Assembly (NCBI GenBank): GCA_012026655.1
Contig: JAAILG010000547.1
Span: forward strand, 1 to 64,000
DNA length: 64,000 bases
Source of the DNA: Hydrolagus affinis
Taxonomy: Eukaryota
Reading direction: 5' to 3'
The translations under genes were made by a program, and so were the position numbers. Shown here one piece after another: positions 52,857-64,000 of the stretch; position 1 is the first letter of the stretch, and every line of letters starts with the position of its first letter. Below the pieces are notes generated by a model. That model did no database searches. It saw only the letters and a program-made list of their open reading frames with translations, and was not told where the DNA came from.

Positions 52857-54082
52857 CAGTGTTTCTTAACAACCAGTCCGCGGACCGGTGCAGGTCCTCA
52901 GCAGCGTCCTTTGCCGGTCCGTGTGAAATTAGAGAAAAAATAAATTTACTGTATATTAACTTTGAAACAAAGAAAAACATGACAGAGTCGTAGATTTCTG
53001 AGCGGAGTGGATTTTCCAGTGATGTGCGGTGGGTACTCTACTTGACAGGGTAGGCACTTTACTTCTGCAGTTTAGTTTGGGAACAGAATGTGTGTAAAAT
53101 GTAAAGCACTCTCCCCCAACTCTACCGGAGAGATAGGGCCAACATTTTAAAGATGACCATGCTCACTTCATGTCAAAGATTTCTTCTAAAATGTAAAATT
53201 ACAGCCGGAAAAAAACACTTTTTTTATTGTTATCTGTGCTAAATAGGGTGAGTTTCAGATTATTCAACTTAATTAAACACCAGTGTCTGCACTTTCATTT
53301 AATTTCAAGTTTATATTCCACCTCAGACGGATCGCCCGCTTTCTTCCACCTCCGATGGATCGCCCGTCTCTGGCAATATCTCGCCCCAAAAGCCGCTGAA
53401 ACCCTGGTCCACGCCTTTGTCACCTCTCGCCTGGACTATTCAAATGCCCTCCTCGCCGGTCTCCCCTCCACCACAACCCATAAAATCCAACTAATTCAGA
53501 ACTCCGCCCACATTCTCACCCGCACCAAACTTCGCTCTCCCATAAACCCAGTTCTTGCCAGACTTCACTGGCTGCCTGTCCCAGAGAGAATCCATTTCAA
53601 GATCCTCGTTTTCAAATCTCTCCACTCCTCTGAACCCCTCTATCTGTCCGTCCTCCTCTCTCCTCAAATCAGCACCCGTTGCCTTCACTCCACCGGGTAT
53701 GGCCTCCTCCGTGTCCCCCGAATCCTCTACTTCACCCTCAGTGGCCGTGCCTTCAGCCACTACACCCCGAGGCTCTGGAACTCCCTTCCTCACTCCCTTC
53801 TACCTCCTCTCTTCCCAGTTTCAGGTCCCAACTAAAGACCTTTTTCTTCGACCCGTGCCTTTGGTCACCTTCCTCCCACTGCCTCTGGCTCGGTCCCGGG
53901 ATCTGTTATTGTGAAGCGCTCTGAGGGCGCTGGAGGGCGCTGTATAAATCAAAGTTGTTGTTATATGCACAAATCTAGCAGTAAAAAATAGACAAAAATG
54001 GCCAGGACCTTAAAAGCTTGTCCACCTCAGTTTAGGAAGATAGCCAGCCAGTCCCCTGCATCGAAAAGCCTGAGAAACACTG
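52857..54082. mobile_element. Non-autonomous hAT (Charlie/MER5-like) DNA transposon containing a nested L2
   Basis: TIRs CAGTGTTTCT(TAA) and (CTG)AGAAACACTG; subterminal GTCCGCGGACCGGTG/CCGGTCCG; 8-bp flanks GTGTATAA / GGGTATAG (6/8, central TA). Confidence 0.8.
53316..53962 (+). mobile_element. 5'-truncated L2 LINE (ORF2 C-terminus plus 3'UTR)
   Basis: ORF 53227-53835 contains AETLVHAFVTSRLDYSNALLAGLP...KIQLIQNSA...LHWLPVPERIHFKIL...RAFSHYTPRLWNSLP; (TTG)n tail. Confidence 0.95.
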
Positions 54083-56279
54083 GGGTATAGCGTTGGAAAG
54101 AAAACTTGTAAACTGTAAACTGTACTAATTCTTGTTAAGATGAAAGTGGAATATACCCTTAGTTTCTTGCATGAAGTGATGAGAATACAGTTTGAGATCT
54201 CAGTGCAAGATTGTTTACATGATCTGCTCTGAGTTGGGTAATTTTCTGTGCAGTATTTGCTATAGCAATTTATCATGTTGGTGCGATGTCACAAAGAATC
54301 TCGTAGGATTTTACTGCAAAGTATTTTTGAAGCCTTCAAAATATATTCCATTTGCGCATCATTTAATGGAGCCAGGTGAGTCTTCTCTATTAATATTTAT
54401 ATTTACTTCACTGTTTTTTTTATGTGAAATCTTCTGTCGTCTCGCTTGTGAACTGGAAATATTTCAGTAACTCCAATAGTTACCTATTTTCCCAATTGCC
54501 TGTGGCCAGGGATCCATGTTGAATCTGTGGACTCAGAAAAGTAGGGCAGCAAAACCCTGGGGAATATTGTGGCTGCAAAGACTGAGTTAGAAATCATATC
54601 ATTAATTTAACCTGGGCTTCCCCCACCATATGCTTGCTGACAACAGAAGTCAATTCTCTATCCAGTCAGCCAATTCATCTTTCCCAAGGGATTTCTCTCA
54701 AATAGTAGCACCTAATTTTTTACCCCCACTCAGTCTGATCACCAATGGCTGGCTGTGAAGAAGGTGAAAACATGTCCTAAGTATCATAGCTCGATCTTTA
54801 CCGATATCCTGAAGCCAAGAATAAAGGAACAGATTTATTTCTCCTTAAATCAGTTCTTCAGGTGAGCTGATCTAATTTTCGAAGGTTTTACATTTCTCAC
54901 AATTTAGAATAATTTGGCGATCCATTGCATCCACAGCTCCACACCTTAAAAATAAAGCCTCCAAAAAGTGAATCTGTGCATTTGTATACGCTTCCTTGTA
55001 GCTTCTAATGCTGGTTAGATAGCAACCATCACAGTCAGACCAACTGATCAGAGCAAAATAGGCTCCACATGACTTTCCACTTGATGTGTTAAAGGGACAC
55101 TGGTTTTACTCTGAAGTACGGATACAACAACAAAATAACAAAATAGTATAGTATAATAACAGCAACTTGCAATTATATAGGGACCCTCACACAACGTCCT
55201 GGAGAATAGTACATGTCTGTTGAGTTAAGACACAAATACAATAGAAAAAAAACCTGAAGACTTTTTACATCCAGAACAGACATCTCAAATTGGCCCCAAA
55301 AGGTTCTGGTTTTGGGGCTTCTTTAAAAAGGCATAAGTAATTTCGAGGAAGGTCAATAAATATTGGTTTTGTTGAATACTGTTGCTTGTGTTCAAGACTT
55401 TTTAATGAGAATAAGGAACAATACACTACACTTTTTATAAAATTCAGTGTGCAGAACAGCCCCAGAACAGGTAACTATCGGCCAGGTTTTCAATATTTAT
55501 TTAAAGAAGAAAATTTGGCTGAGGAGTTTCTGGAGTACAGTATTCACTTGCGATGCCATTAACGTTACACCGGCCGCAAGATTAGATGGTAATTAACAAA
55601 CTCTCCCCAGTTTCATTCATGTAAACCACTCACAGGATAAACCTTTACTAATACAGTGCTTGAAAATTGTGGTCAACGTGGTGTTCACATTCCAACCTGG
55701 TCATTGAGGTCTACTGTTTCAAGGCAGTCATTGAATAATAAAAATTCAATGAAGTAACGTTTGTTGCCGGTAACAGTTGGTATGAAATGTGTGCAGTTGT
55801 TCTCAGCTGTTAAATATGTAGTGTGTTTCCTTTTTTTAAAACCGCCTGCTGTGTATTAGTTGTGCGCTTGAGCGAAAGGCTGATTTACGTCTGCTTGCCG
55901 CTGTGCTTATGCATTTGACGACTGAGTTGTGATTGCCTGTGGATGCATCATCAGTAAAGGGTATGAGAATATCAATCCATCCCATGTGTCTGATGGGAGC
56001 TGAAGCATGAGATGAGGACATTACCTCTTTGCCTATTAAAACTGACCATCAAACTGTGGTGCATTTGCTGTGGTGACTTAACGATTGCTGTCCTTGGTCT
56101 TTCAGGAGCAATGATTTCTGTCTATTGGTTTTAATTAAGGTTTGCAATCAAGACTCAAAACTGTCAATTGTAACAAATACATGCTGAAAAATAACAAGTT
56201 TGCAATGGTTAAGTGAGGAAAAACAAACAGAAGAGAAATGACTTCAGCGCAACATAATGTGAGCAGCAAATCTGGATCA

Positions 56280-56428
56280 GATGCTGTGGGTTCAAGTCCC
56301 ATATCTGGACTGGAGTTCATAGTCTGAGATACATCCCAGTGTGGTAATGGGAGGCATTGCATTGTTAACAGTGATGTCCTTCTGATGAGAAATTAAACTG
56401 AAAGTACTGTAAAAATGCAAGTTCTTTC
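56280..56428 (+). mobile_element. Old tRNA-headed Deu-type SINE, internally deleted
   Basis: GTGGGTTCAAGTCCCA B box, GGGAGGCATTGCATTG...GTCCTTCTGATGAGAAATTAAACTGA, tail AAATGCAAGTTCTTT. Confidence 0.6.
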
Positions 56429-57117
56429 CTTGGACCAAAAGCACATTCATAACTAACCAAAGCAGACGAGCTAAAAATAGCATCCACCTAATTTTAAAAC
56501 AAAATTAGCATTGATTCCCATTAAGCATATGGGTCCAAAGGCTGAATCATTGGGGAGAACACCCCAATTACTGGCTAATAACGTCAGCACCTGCTGAACT
56601 CAAATACACTCGAGATGCTAATGAAACTTCCATTGGAATTTTAAAACAAGTTTTTTTTTAATATATGCTCCTGTGTGGGCTGTTCAAATGCTTTCTACCT
56701 GTGCAGAAAGCATTTTGATTTTTCAGTTTCTCAGACTTCAATAAAAATCGAATCAAAAAGTCCTCTGTAATGTTTCTGGTCATTCCCCTGTGTTTAATGG
56801 CACATAAAATTCCAAGGAAACATAAGGAGCTTCAAAAAACTGGCCATTTGGAAAGTTTGAGAGTTGTACTGTAAGAAAGTAATTTTGAAAAAATAACACT
56901 TGTGCAGACTGTATAAAGACTTCGTTAAAAGTAACATCTTTTCAAAAATAAGACTTAATTCCCTCATTTCAGCAATAGACATTTAGAAGTAATATGCTGA
57001 TCACAAGAGTTGTATGGATAAAAAAGGCCCCATAACCTATTTCATCTTATTGTTTCAGAATACCCATCCTCCCACCAAAGCATCAAGCTATACATGGTCC
57101 TGCCTCAACTATCTCTA

Positions 57118-57225
57118 TAATAATCCTTGCAATTGGTACAGTGTATTACCGTGTCTCAGATCTCTCAAAGCATTGCACAGGATACACTGTAAAATGATAA
57201 CACTGTGTATTTTAAGGGCAAATGC
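57118..57225 (-). mobile_element. SINE 3' fragment
   Basis: TAATAATCCTTGCAATTG...CTCAAAGCATTGCACAGGATACACTGTAAA. Confidence 0.7.
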
Positions 57226-57641
57226 CTCTGTGAATACTCAGCCACTGAAATCGTACAGAGCCAAGGTTGCCACTTAATCTTTTAACGCACCTCACCTAAC
57301 GCAGGGCTCAAGTTTAGATTGGCTCCAAGGAATGAGGACAGAAAGATGATCGAATGAAAAAGTAAAAGAAGGACAAGCAGAAACCGAGTCACAAGAGAGG
57401 ATACACCCTAAAGATAAAAAAGACAATGGGAGGAAGCAGATTCCTAAGTGTTGGACTGAGAGAGCTGCAAAGGAAAGCATGAAAAAACAAGGGAAATCAA
57501 TGACTGATTTTAGTTTTGCATGAAACAGAGAAAAGCTATAGGCACAGCAGAAGGCCTGTGAAATAATAGACTCACAGAGCTGTCAATAAGAATCGAGACT
57601 CAAAGAAAAGACTTGCGGTTTCGGATTGCGCAAAACAAGAA

Positions 57642-58230
57642 AAACAACAACAACAAAATTACACTTGTATAGTGCCTTTCACATCAGGAGGACGTCCCAA
57701 GTCGCTGGACAGTCATTGTTTCAGACCTGAGCTGGGATCGAGGACGGGGAGGGTGGAGGGAAAAGTGGGGATTTGAATGACCAATGGGATCATCAAAGAG
57801 CAGGGTCTTGAGGCGGAACTTGAAGGAGGCCAGGGAAGGGGCGGGGTGGAGGGACTGTTCCAGAGGTTGGTGCAAAGTGGCTGAAAGTTCGCCCACCAAT
57901 GGTGGGGTGGGTGGGTCGGGGGACGTGGAACAGGCTGGAGCCTGCTGAGCAGAGGGTGCGGGCAGGTTGGTAGGCATTAGGAGGTCACAGAGGTAGGTTG
58001 GGGCGAGGCTGTGGAGGGCTTTGAATGTGAGGGCCAGGATCTTTAATTGGATCCTCTGGGTGAATGGAGAGCCAATGTAGTTTGGCGAGCATGGGGGAGA
58101 TGGGGTCACGAACCTTGGAGTGGTAGAAGACACGGGCCGCGGAGTTCTGGATTATCTGCAACCTATCGAGGGAGGAATTGGGAAGGCTGACGAGCAGGGC
58201 ATTTGCGTAAGTTGAGCCGGGATGTGATAA
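57642..58230 (-). mobile_element. 5'-truncated L2 LINE (ORF2 C-terminus plus 3'UTR)
   Basis: ORF 57684-58133 QRIQLKILALTFKALHSLAPTYLCDLL...SLASFKFRLKTLLFD; (CAA)n tail on the + strand. Confidence 0.95.
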
Positions 58231-59008
58231 AAAAAAGTCATTTGATCTTTTGAAAAGCGTGCATTTATGCTTCGGCTTTTGCTGATGTTAATGGAGTTAG
58301 TTAATGGAGGGAGAGGGAACAATGTCTCGTGGGTTTAAATGGAAGAGAGCCTTATTAGTCTGTTACAATAAGCGGAACCTAGCTCAAACAATCCAAACAG
58401 GTCAAAGCCAATTCAGGAATTGCTCGCTTAAGGAGAACAGTACAATTAATAGTAAAGGCATTTTAGTGGAAACCTAAAAAACTCATTATTTGGACCTCTC
58501 TGGGGGAACGCCCTGATCAGAATAGAAAGGAAACCAATTACATTTCACGAGTGAGAAGCTCCTAGAATTAACCAAACGGAGAAACTGTTCGTGGGAATCA
58601 CATCTCCTCCTTTGAAGACTTGAGAAAAGATTTTTCAGCAGGCCAACAGTCAGTTAAATGGCTTCAAATCACATGGAGTGGATTTCCAGGGCAAACAATA
58701 TACATAGACTACATATTAATAAATGTGCCAATCTCTCATAGCCATGGCCTAAAATAACATGCTGCGCTTCTTTTCAGAAATAAAATTTGTCTCATTTGTA
58801 TGCCACTCAGATGGCTGTAAATATTGGTTGCTTTCAAGCTTTTTTCCCAGATCCCCATCATTTACATAGTCTTCCATGTTAGTTCCCATTTGCATGCAGC
58901 TTGGATGTATGCTAATCCCAGCTATGTATGAATAATTCCTCCTCAAACTTGCATACAACAGGGATTTTCATGCTTCTGAGTTGCATACAAATTACTAATA
59001 TTTTTGGC

Positions 59009-59024
59009 TTCTCTCTCTCTCTCT
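59009..59024. repeat. (CT)n microsatellite
   Basis: Direct reading. Confidence 0.85.
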
Positions 59025-60345
59025 ATCGCTTATCATATGGTAATGGTGTTTACTTATTATCTTTAGCATAGGTAAAGACAAGCGCTATTTTGCAGTGTAC
59101 ACTGCACGGGGCAGGGCGAGGGTGAGAGAAGAGAGTGTATCTGGAAGGTGTGCTTACTTTGCTCTTTATTCTAAAGAAAACGCAATGTTATCTGACAACA
59201 CAGTTTTGTACCAGTTCCATGAAGAACGCTGCTCCAAATGGTACCCATGCTTACAGATGGTAAGCTGCAGGTTCCTGCATAGTCGTAAACTAACTGATCA
59301 AGGACAGCAGGAGAAAAGCACTGCTTGGTTTTGGTGAAGCCACTCCTGGTTCTTAAATAATTGAAACCAATTTACAAATCAGTCATAATTATATTTGCAT
59401 GAAATTTTGGGTTTCTGACATGCGGAAGCAAACGGATGTTGGACGCGATTAAGCATACCCCGCTCACAACCATTCATTGAAGCATCTCCTTTTGTGAGCG
59501 TTGAGCTCAAGGCCAACTCAGTTTGGAGAACAGAGACGTAGAATACAACACAGTGGTAGGCCATTCGCTTAACCATACTGCGGAAGAAACCCTCAAAAAA
59601 TGGAAATGGGTAAAAGACAATGAAATAAATAAATAACAATGTATGGCTCAACCCAACACTGTATAAAATAATAAGTCTATTGTTGCCTTTACATATGAGG
59701 AGCATATCAATGGAAAGCAAATCCCCCCCTTCCCCACCAAAACTGTTGTTTGGTACGCCCTGGGTATATGTCAAATTTTCCAGATACTGTATGTATTTGC
59801 AAGTGTTATTTAACTGCAATGCATCACAACTCAATAAATTGTTATTTATTCTATAAAATCGGGTATCCACACAAAAACTGTAAACACTGCAACCCAACGT
59901 TTGATGCTCATTTAGCACTATTACATTGTGTGCAAAATTTGGGTGGATTGGTTGCAACAACATGCACATAGTTCAACACACAAAGTTTAACTTGTTTATA
60001 TCCATAAGTGAAGCTATATAGAAAGTCGTTTTCCATTAGCTTGAGGAGCAGGAGAACAGAACTTCCGCCTGAAAACTAAATGACTTCTGGGGGTGGACAT
60101 TTGAGGACATTTTTATACTGTTTTACTGGATGTCCTTCAAGCTGATTTTGTGTGTTCTGGAGGGCACTTAGCTGTCGTTTGGAGAACACAGTTTGATACC
60201 TCTGCAATAACTCGACAACGGTAAAAGGAAAATAATCCATCTGCATTGAACACATCAGATCAAATTGGACTGAGAAATTTAGGTATTGATTTTTCAGTAT
60301 TTGGAAGATCAATAAAACAAGATATCATTTGAATTGAAAGTTAAT

Positions 60346-60645
60346 TATAATAATAATCCTTGCATTTGATATAGTGCTTTTCATGGCTTCTAGATGTTTC
60401 AAAACGCTTCACAGAATATATTGTAAAGTGAACTGATTGTATATTTGTGGGCAGAACATGGCAATCGATAGAGCACAATAGTGTCCCACAAACAGCCGTG
60501 GATTGAAATAACCAATTTATTATTATTTTTTCATTATCAGGCGTGTGGAGTGAGGAATCTTGCCCAAGGTTTCGTCCTGCCGGGATTCAAACCCAGGTCT
60601 CTCGCTTGTGTGGTGAGTGCTTTAACCACTGAGCTATAGGATTCC
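60346..60645 (-). mobile_element. Full-length tRNA-derived SINE (SINE2-1_CM-like)
   Basis: Pol III A box TAGCTCAGTGG (60636-60626), B box GGTTTGAATCC (60593-60583), GAAACCTTGGGCAAG...CTCCACAC, AAATTGGTTATTTCAATCCAC, L2-like tail ending (ATT)n. Confidence 0.9.
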
Positions 60646-61032
60646 ATTAGACCCATTTGTTGGAAAATCGACTTGTTTTGTTGTTATGTATTTCAAACAT
60701 GCAGATAGTGAAGTGCTTTTATTGTACTAATGTTTGCAATACATCTGATTATGTTTTGAATGTCCAGCCATACAAACATCTGATGGTCGTTCAGTAATTG
60801 GATACTTCAGAGAATCAATCTGAATCCAATAACACAAAAATAGATACCACACGAATACTTGTGTTCAGGGATATTCAGACTCAAATCATGTAATTGTTAA
60901 AAAAAAAAAAATCCATTTAATTTATTAGTAACTAATGAGATAAATCTGGTTTTTGGACTCAGTAATTCCCTTAATTTTTCCAATCGATATCAATTGCATT
61001 CCACCTTCATTGCAAAGACTTTCAGTTATGAT

Positions 61033-61723
61033 CAAATCCCAAACGACTGCAGATGCTTGAAATCTGAAACACAAACAGAAATCGCTAGGAACACTCAGCA
61101 GGTCAGGCAGCATCTATGAAGGAAGGAAAGTGAGTCAATGTTTCGGGTCTATGATGAAGGGTTCTGATAAAGGATCGTGAACCCGAAACGTTGACTCACT
61201 TTCCAAACTTTGACCCTCCATTACCCCAGTCTTTGCTAGACTTCACTGGCTCCCTGTCACGGAGGGGATCGATTTCAAGATCCTCACCCTTGTTTTCAAA
61301 TCCCTCCGCTCCTCTGCACCCACCTACCTCTCTGACCTCCTCTCTCCTCAAACCAGCACCCGTTGCTTTTGCTCCACTGGGTCTGGCCTTCTCCTTGTCC
61401 CCCAAATCCTCTGCTCCACCATCGGTGGCTGTGCCTTCAGCCACTATTCCCCGAGGCTCTGGAATTCCCTTCCAAACTCCCTTCGCCTCTCTCCCTCTCT
61501 TCCCAGTTTCAGGTCTCAGTTGAAGACCTTTATCTTTGATCGTGCCTTTGGTCACCCTTCTACCCCGTACCCCTGGCTCGGTCCCGGTATCCACTATTGT
61601 AAAGCGTTCTGAGACGCCATCCGGCATGGAGGGCGCTATATGAATCAAAATTGTTGTTGTTGTTTCTCCATAGATGCTACCTGACCCTGCTGTGTGTTCC
61701 CAGCAGTTCTGTTTTTGTTTCAG
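61033..61723. mobile_element. Palindromic Penelope-like miniature element, copy 3, split by an L2
   Basis: Minus arm 61033-61155, plus arm 61159-61204 continuing at 61663-61723; flanking direct repeat TTTCAGTTATGAT at 61020-61032 and 61718-61730. Confidence 0.8.
61205..61662 (+). mobile_element. 5'-truncated L2 LINE nested in the Penelope-like element
   Basis: AGACTTCACTGGCTCCCTGTC...TTCAAGATCCTC...GGCTCTGGAATTCCCTTCC...GGGCGCTATATGAATCAAAA(TTG)4; same subfamily as 53316-53962. Confidence 0.93.
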
Positions 61724-62218
61724 TTATGATATTCTCTACTCTTAGGGTGACTGAATCTAAGTGCTGGACTAGTTCAGGTTATTTTTAAGGATATCTCTGT
61801 GGGTTTGCAGTGTGCACCTCATTACAACACGTGTAATCCTTGGCTGAGGGTAGAGTGCACTTAAATAATAAGTCTTGCTCCAAATATATCTAGGTCAGAA
61901 CATGATTTCATAAATATTGAAGAGCTGTAGTGAATCTCCATTATTTTTTATGCTACATCTTACTTCTTTTGGAATTCAATGGTAATTTTTATTAATCCTC
62001 TTTGCTTCATCGAACGTAATAGGGTTCTTTGCCATTGTAATTTTTCCTCAGTCTTTTTCAAAAAAAATTTATACCTAATGATGAATTAACAGGTATTTGG
62101 ATGCAAAAATCTCCCTCACTGTTTTTAAGACGCTTCTGAAAAAACTACCTCCATGATCGTTGCCTTTGGTCATCTTCCCCCTGATCTACTTCATCCTTAT
62201 TGTGGAATTCCATCCCGC

Positions 62219-62446
62219 AGCCCTGCTTCCTCCCTTTTTTCCTTCAAGGCCGGTCTCAAGACCTTCCTCTTCGACCGCGCCTTCGGCTGCCCCACTAACT
62301 CTTCCCCCTCTCCCACTTTCCTTGCCCTTCCCCCTACCCTGACCCTCCCCACCTGCTCGGGTCCCGACCTGACTGTTCAGCGCTTTGGGACGTCCTCCTG
62401 ACGTGAAAGGCGCTATATAAGTGCAATTTTGTTGTTGTTTGTTGTT
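62219..62446 (+). mobile_element. L2 LINE 3' fragment
   Basis: SLFSFKAGLKTFLFDRAFG; GACTGTTCAGCGCTTTGGGACGTCCTCCTGACGTGAAAGGCGCTATATAAGTGCAATT(TTG)n; many CpGs retained. Confidence 0.9.
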
Positions 62447-62877
62447 CCTTAAGTCTCACACTGGCCAAGCAAAGTGCTCAGAGACTTTCTTCTATGTGAA
62501 ATGTGCTGTGCATGTGCAAGTTATTGTTGAGGGCTTCTGTTAGTTTTGCTTTCCAAATATTTTCAGACTATCCCTTTCTATTCTCCCATTACTTGCGTCA
62601 AAGGAGTTTGAAAATACAAAGGTCCAAAGGATATTGCATTGGCTCATTGAAATGATCTGGCGTAGCTAACAACACTGAATAAAACCTAAAATGTGTTAAG
62701 TTAGTTTGGAGAAACAGTTGTGTCTTGTCATAATGTTTGCCTTTTTTGTGTCGTAAACTGAAGGTTTATTTTCTTGCAGTTTATACAGTGCTGTGATATA
62801 TACTATCTTGTACTCTGGAACACTCCTCTAATTTACATATTCTGAAAAACCTAGACACTGTTTTGTTGCTTCAACCA

Positions 62878-62937
62878 CCACAACAACAACTTCCATTTAT
62901 ATAGTGTCCTTTCATGCCGGACGGTGTTTCAGAGCTT
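62878..62937 (-). mobile_element. Degraded L2 tail
   Basis: CAACAACAACTTCCATTTATATAGTGTCCTTTCATG. Confidence 0.6.
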
Positions 62938-64000
62938 CAATTATGAGTCCAAACTTGACAGCTACTTGGTGGAAGTCACTTCTGTATGACTTCCACGGCC
63001 AACCTCTATGGCCATTCAACCTCTCGCACTGCTGAGTTACTGGTTGCAATAACGATTCCACCATGGTAGGCTGCTTTCGTTAGTATGTATGGTGTCTCAA
63101 TCTCACTTCATAATGTTGTTAAATTTTAAGTTGCAAAGGCCGGAATCCTGCACTGTCATGTCAATATATAATCACTCGTAAGAATAATACTGAATGGAAG
63201 AGGATGAATATTTCATGCCACCACTTAACACCACTTGAAAGAGTCTAATGGACTTTAGCGAATTCACAAATTTGCCAACCACTTGAGGGATGGAGGCATT
63301 ATGAGTTACCAAGCAGAATGGTACTTGTTCAGCGAGGTTCGCGCTAGTTCCTTCCAGGGTCTGAAGACGTATCCACACCCTCAACCCTACCTTGGAAGAC
63401 TGCAGGCTTCTCATTTTGTAACTCAACCTACAAACAGATATATTATCCAGCTGGGGGCAGTAAAGGCCAAGAAAACTGCAACTCTTCAGCTTGACTGCAG
63501 ATTCATTGACATCTCTTGCACTGTTTATCAACCTAAGCAAGACAGAGTGCCCATCACAAATAATTTGTGGAAAATAATCAATAAGCTGAGCAGTGAATAC
63601 AGCAATACGTCTGTGAATATATTAGCTAACCACTAACTGTGTAATTTTGGTTTCAAGTACTATTAAATTGGTCAAAATTTGTCTGAATATCTTTATGGGT
63701 GGAAACTAAACTGAATAGTGAATTTTCAGCACAAACGTAGGCATTTGAGTTTATCTATATTTGATTTTTGATCAAACTTCACTCTGGTCTTCCTTATCTG
63801 AATCAGGCATTAGCTTTTCAGGTACTCAAATTTGCTGGTTCTGAAGTGAGCCCTGAGAAAATTAGAATGCTCACCCCTGATAATAAGGAGATACAGTACT
63901 GTGTTTGGGTAAATGCTACAAGATTGAGAAATACAATACAATGAATACAATATTCACAACTTATATTACAATATGGGAATGTTAAGTCAGCGTTCCTGAA

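Noticed and set aside
53227-53835. Longest ORF (202 aa) as a host gene
   Set aside because: L2 ORF2 C-terminal remnant fused by chance to upstream MITE sequence; no RT core
60575-60645. tRNA gene
   Set aside because: A and B boxes run straight into a SINE body and tail; no complete cloverleaf
1-64000. CRISPR array, operon or other prokaryotic/viral system
   Set aside because: Recurrent motifs are dispersed SINE/LINE tails, not regularly spaced repeats; there are no long ORFs; the DNA is vertebrate-like throughout

Overview
AT-rich vertebrate non-coding DNA (gene desert or large intron) in which I could not recognise any host protein-coding exon. The repeat content points to a cartilaginous fish, most likely a holocephalan (chimaera/elephant-shark lineage); this is inferred from recalled repeat consensuses, not from a search. 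Repeats include a tRNA-headed SINE resembling SINE2-1_CM with an (ATT)n L2-type tail, many 5'-truncated L2 LINEs with (TTG)n tails, CR1 relics and Deu-domain SINEs. Nearly all listed ORFs are spurious, and the only protein-like ones are L2/CR1 reverse-transcriptase remnants. The main structure not explained by the ORF track is a family of three short Penelope-like (PLE) elements near 34.5, 46.1 and 61.0 kb that carry minimal type-I hammerhead ribozyme motifs. Two are head-to-head palindromes flanked by target-site duplications, and the 34.5 kb copy has an intact catalytic core. Also present: a complete non-autonomous hAT/Charlie-like transposon with an L2 nested inside, a 37-bp perfect repeat pair 511 bp apart, isolated hairpins, an interstitial telomeric tract and several candidate conserved enhancers.
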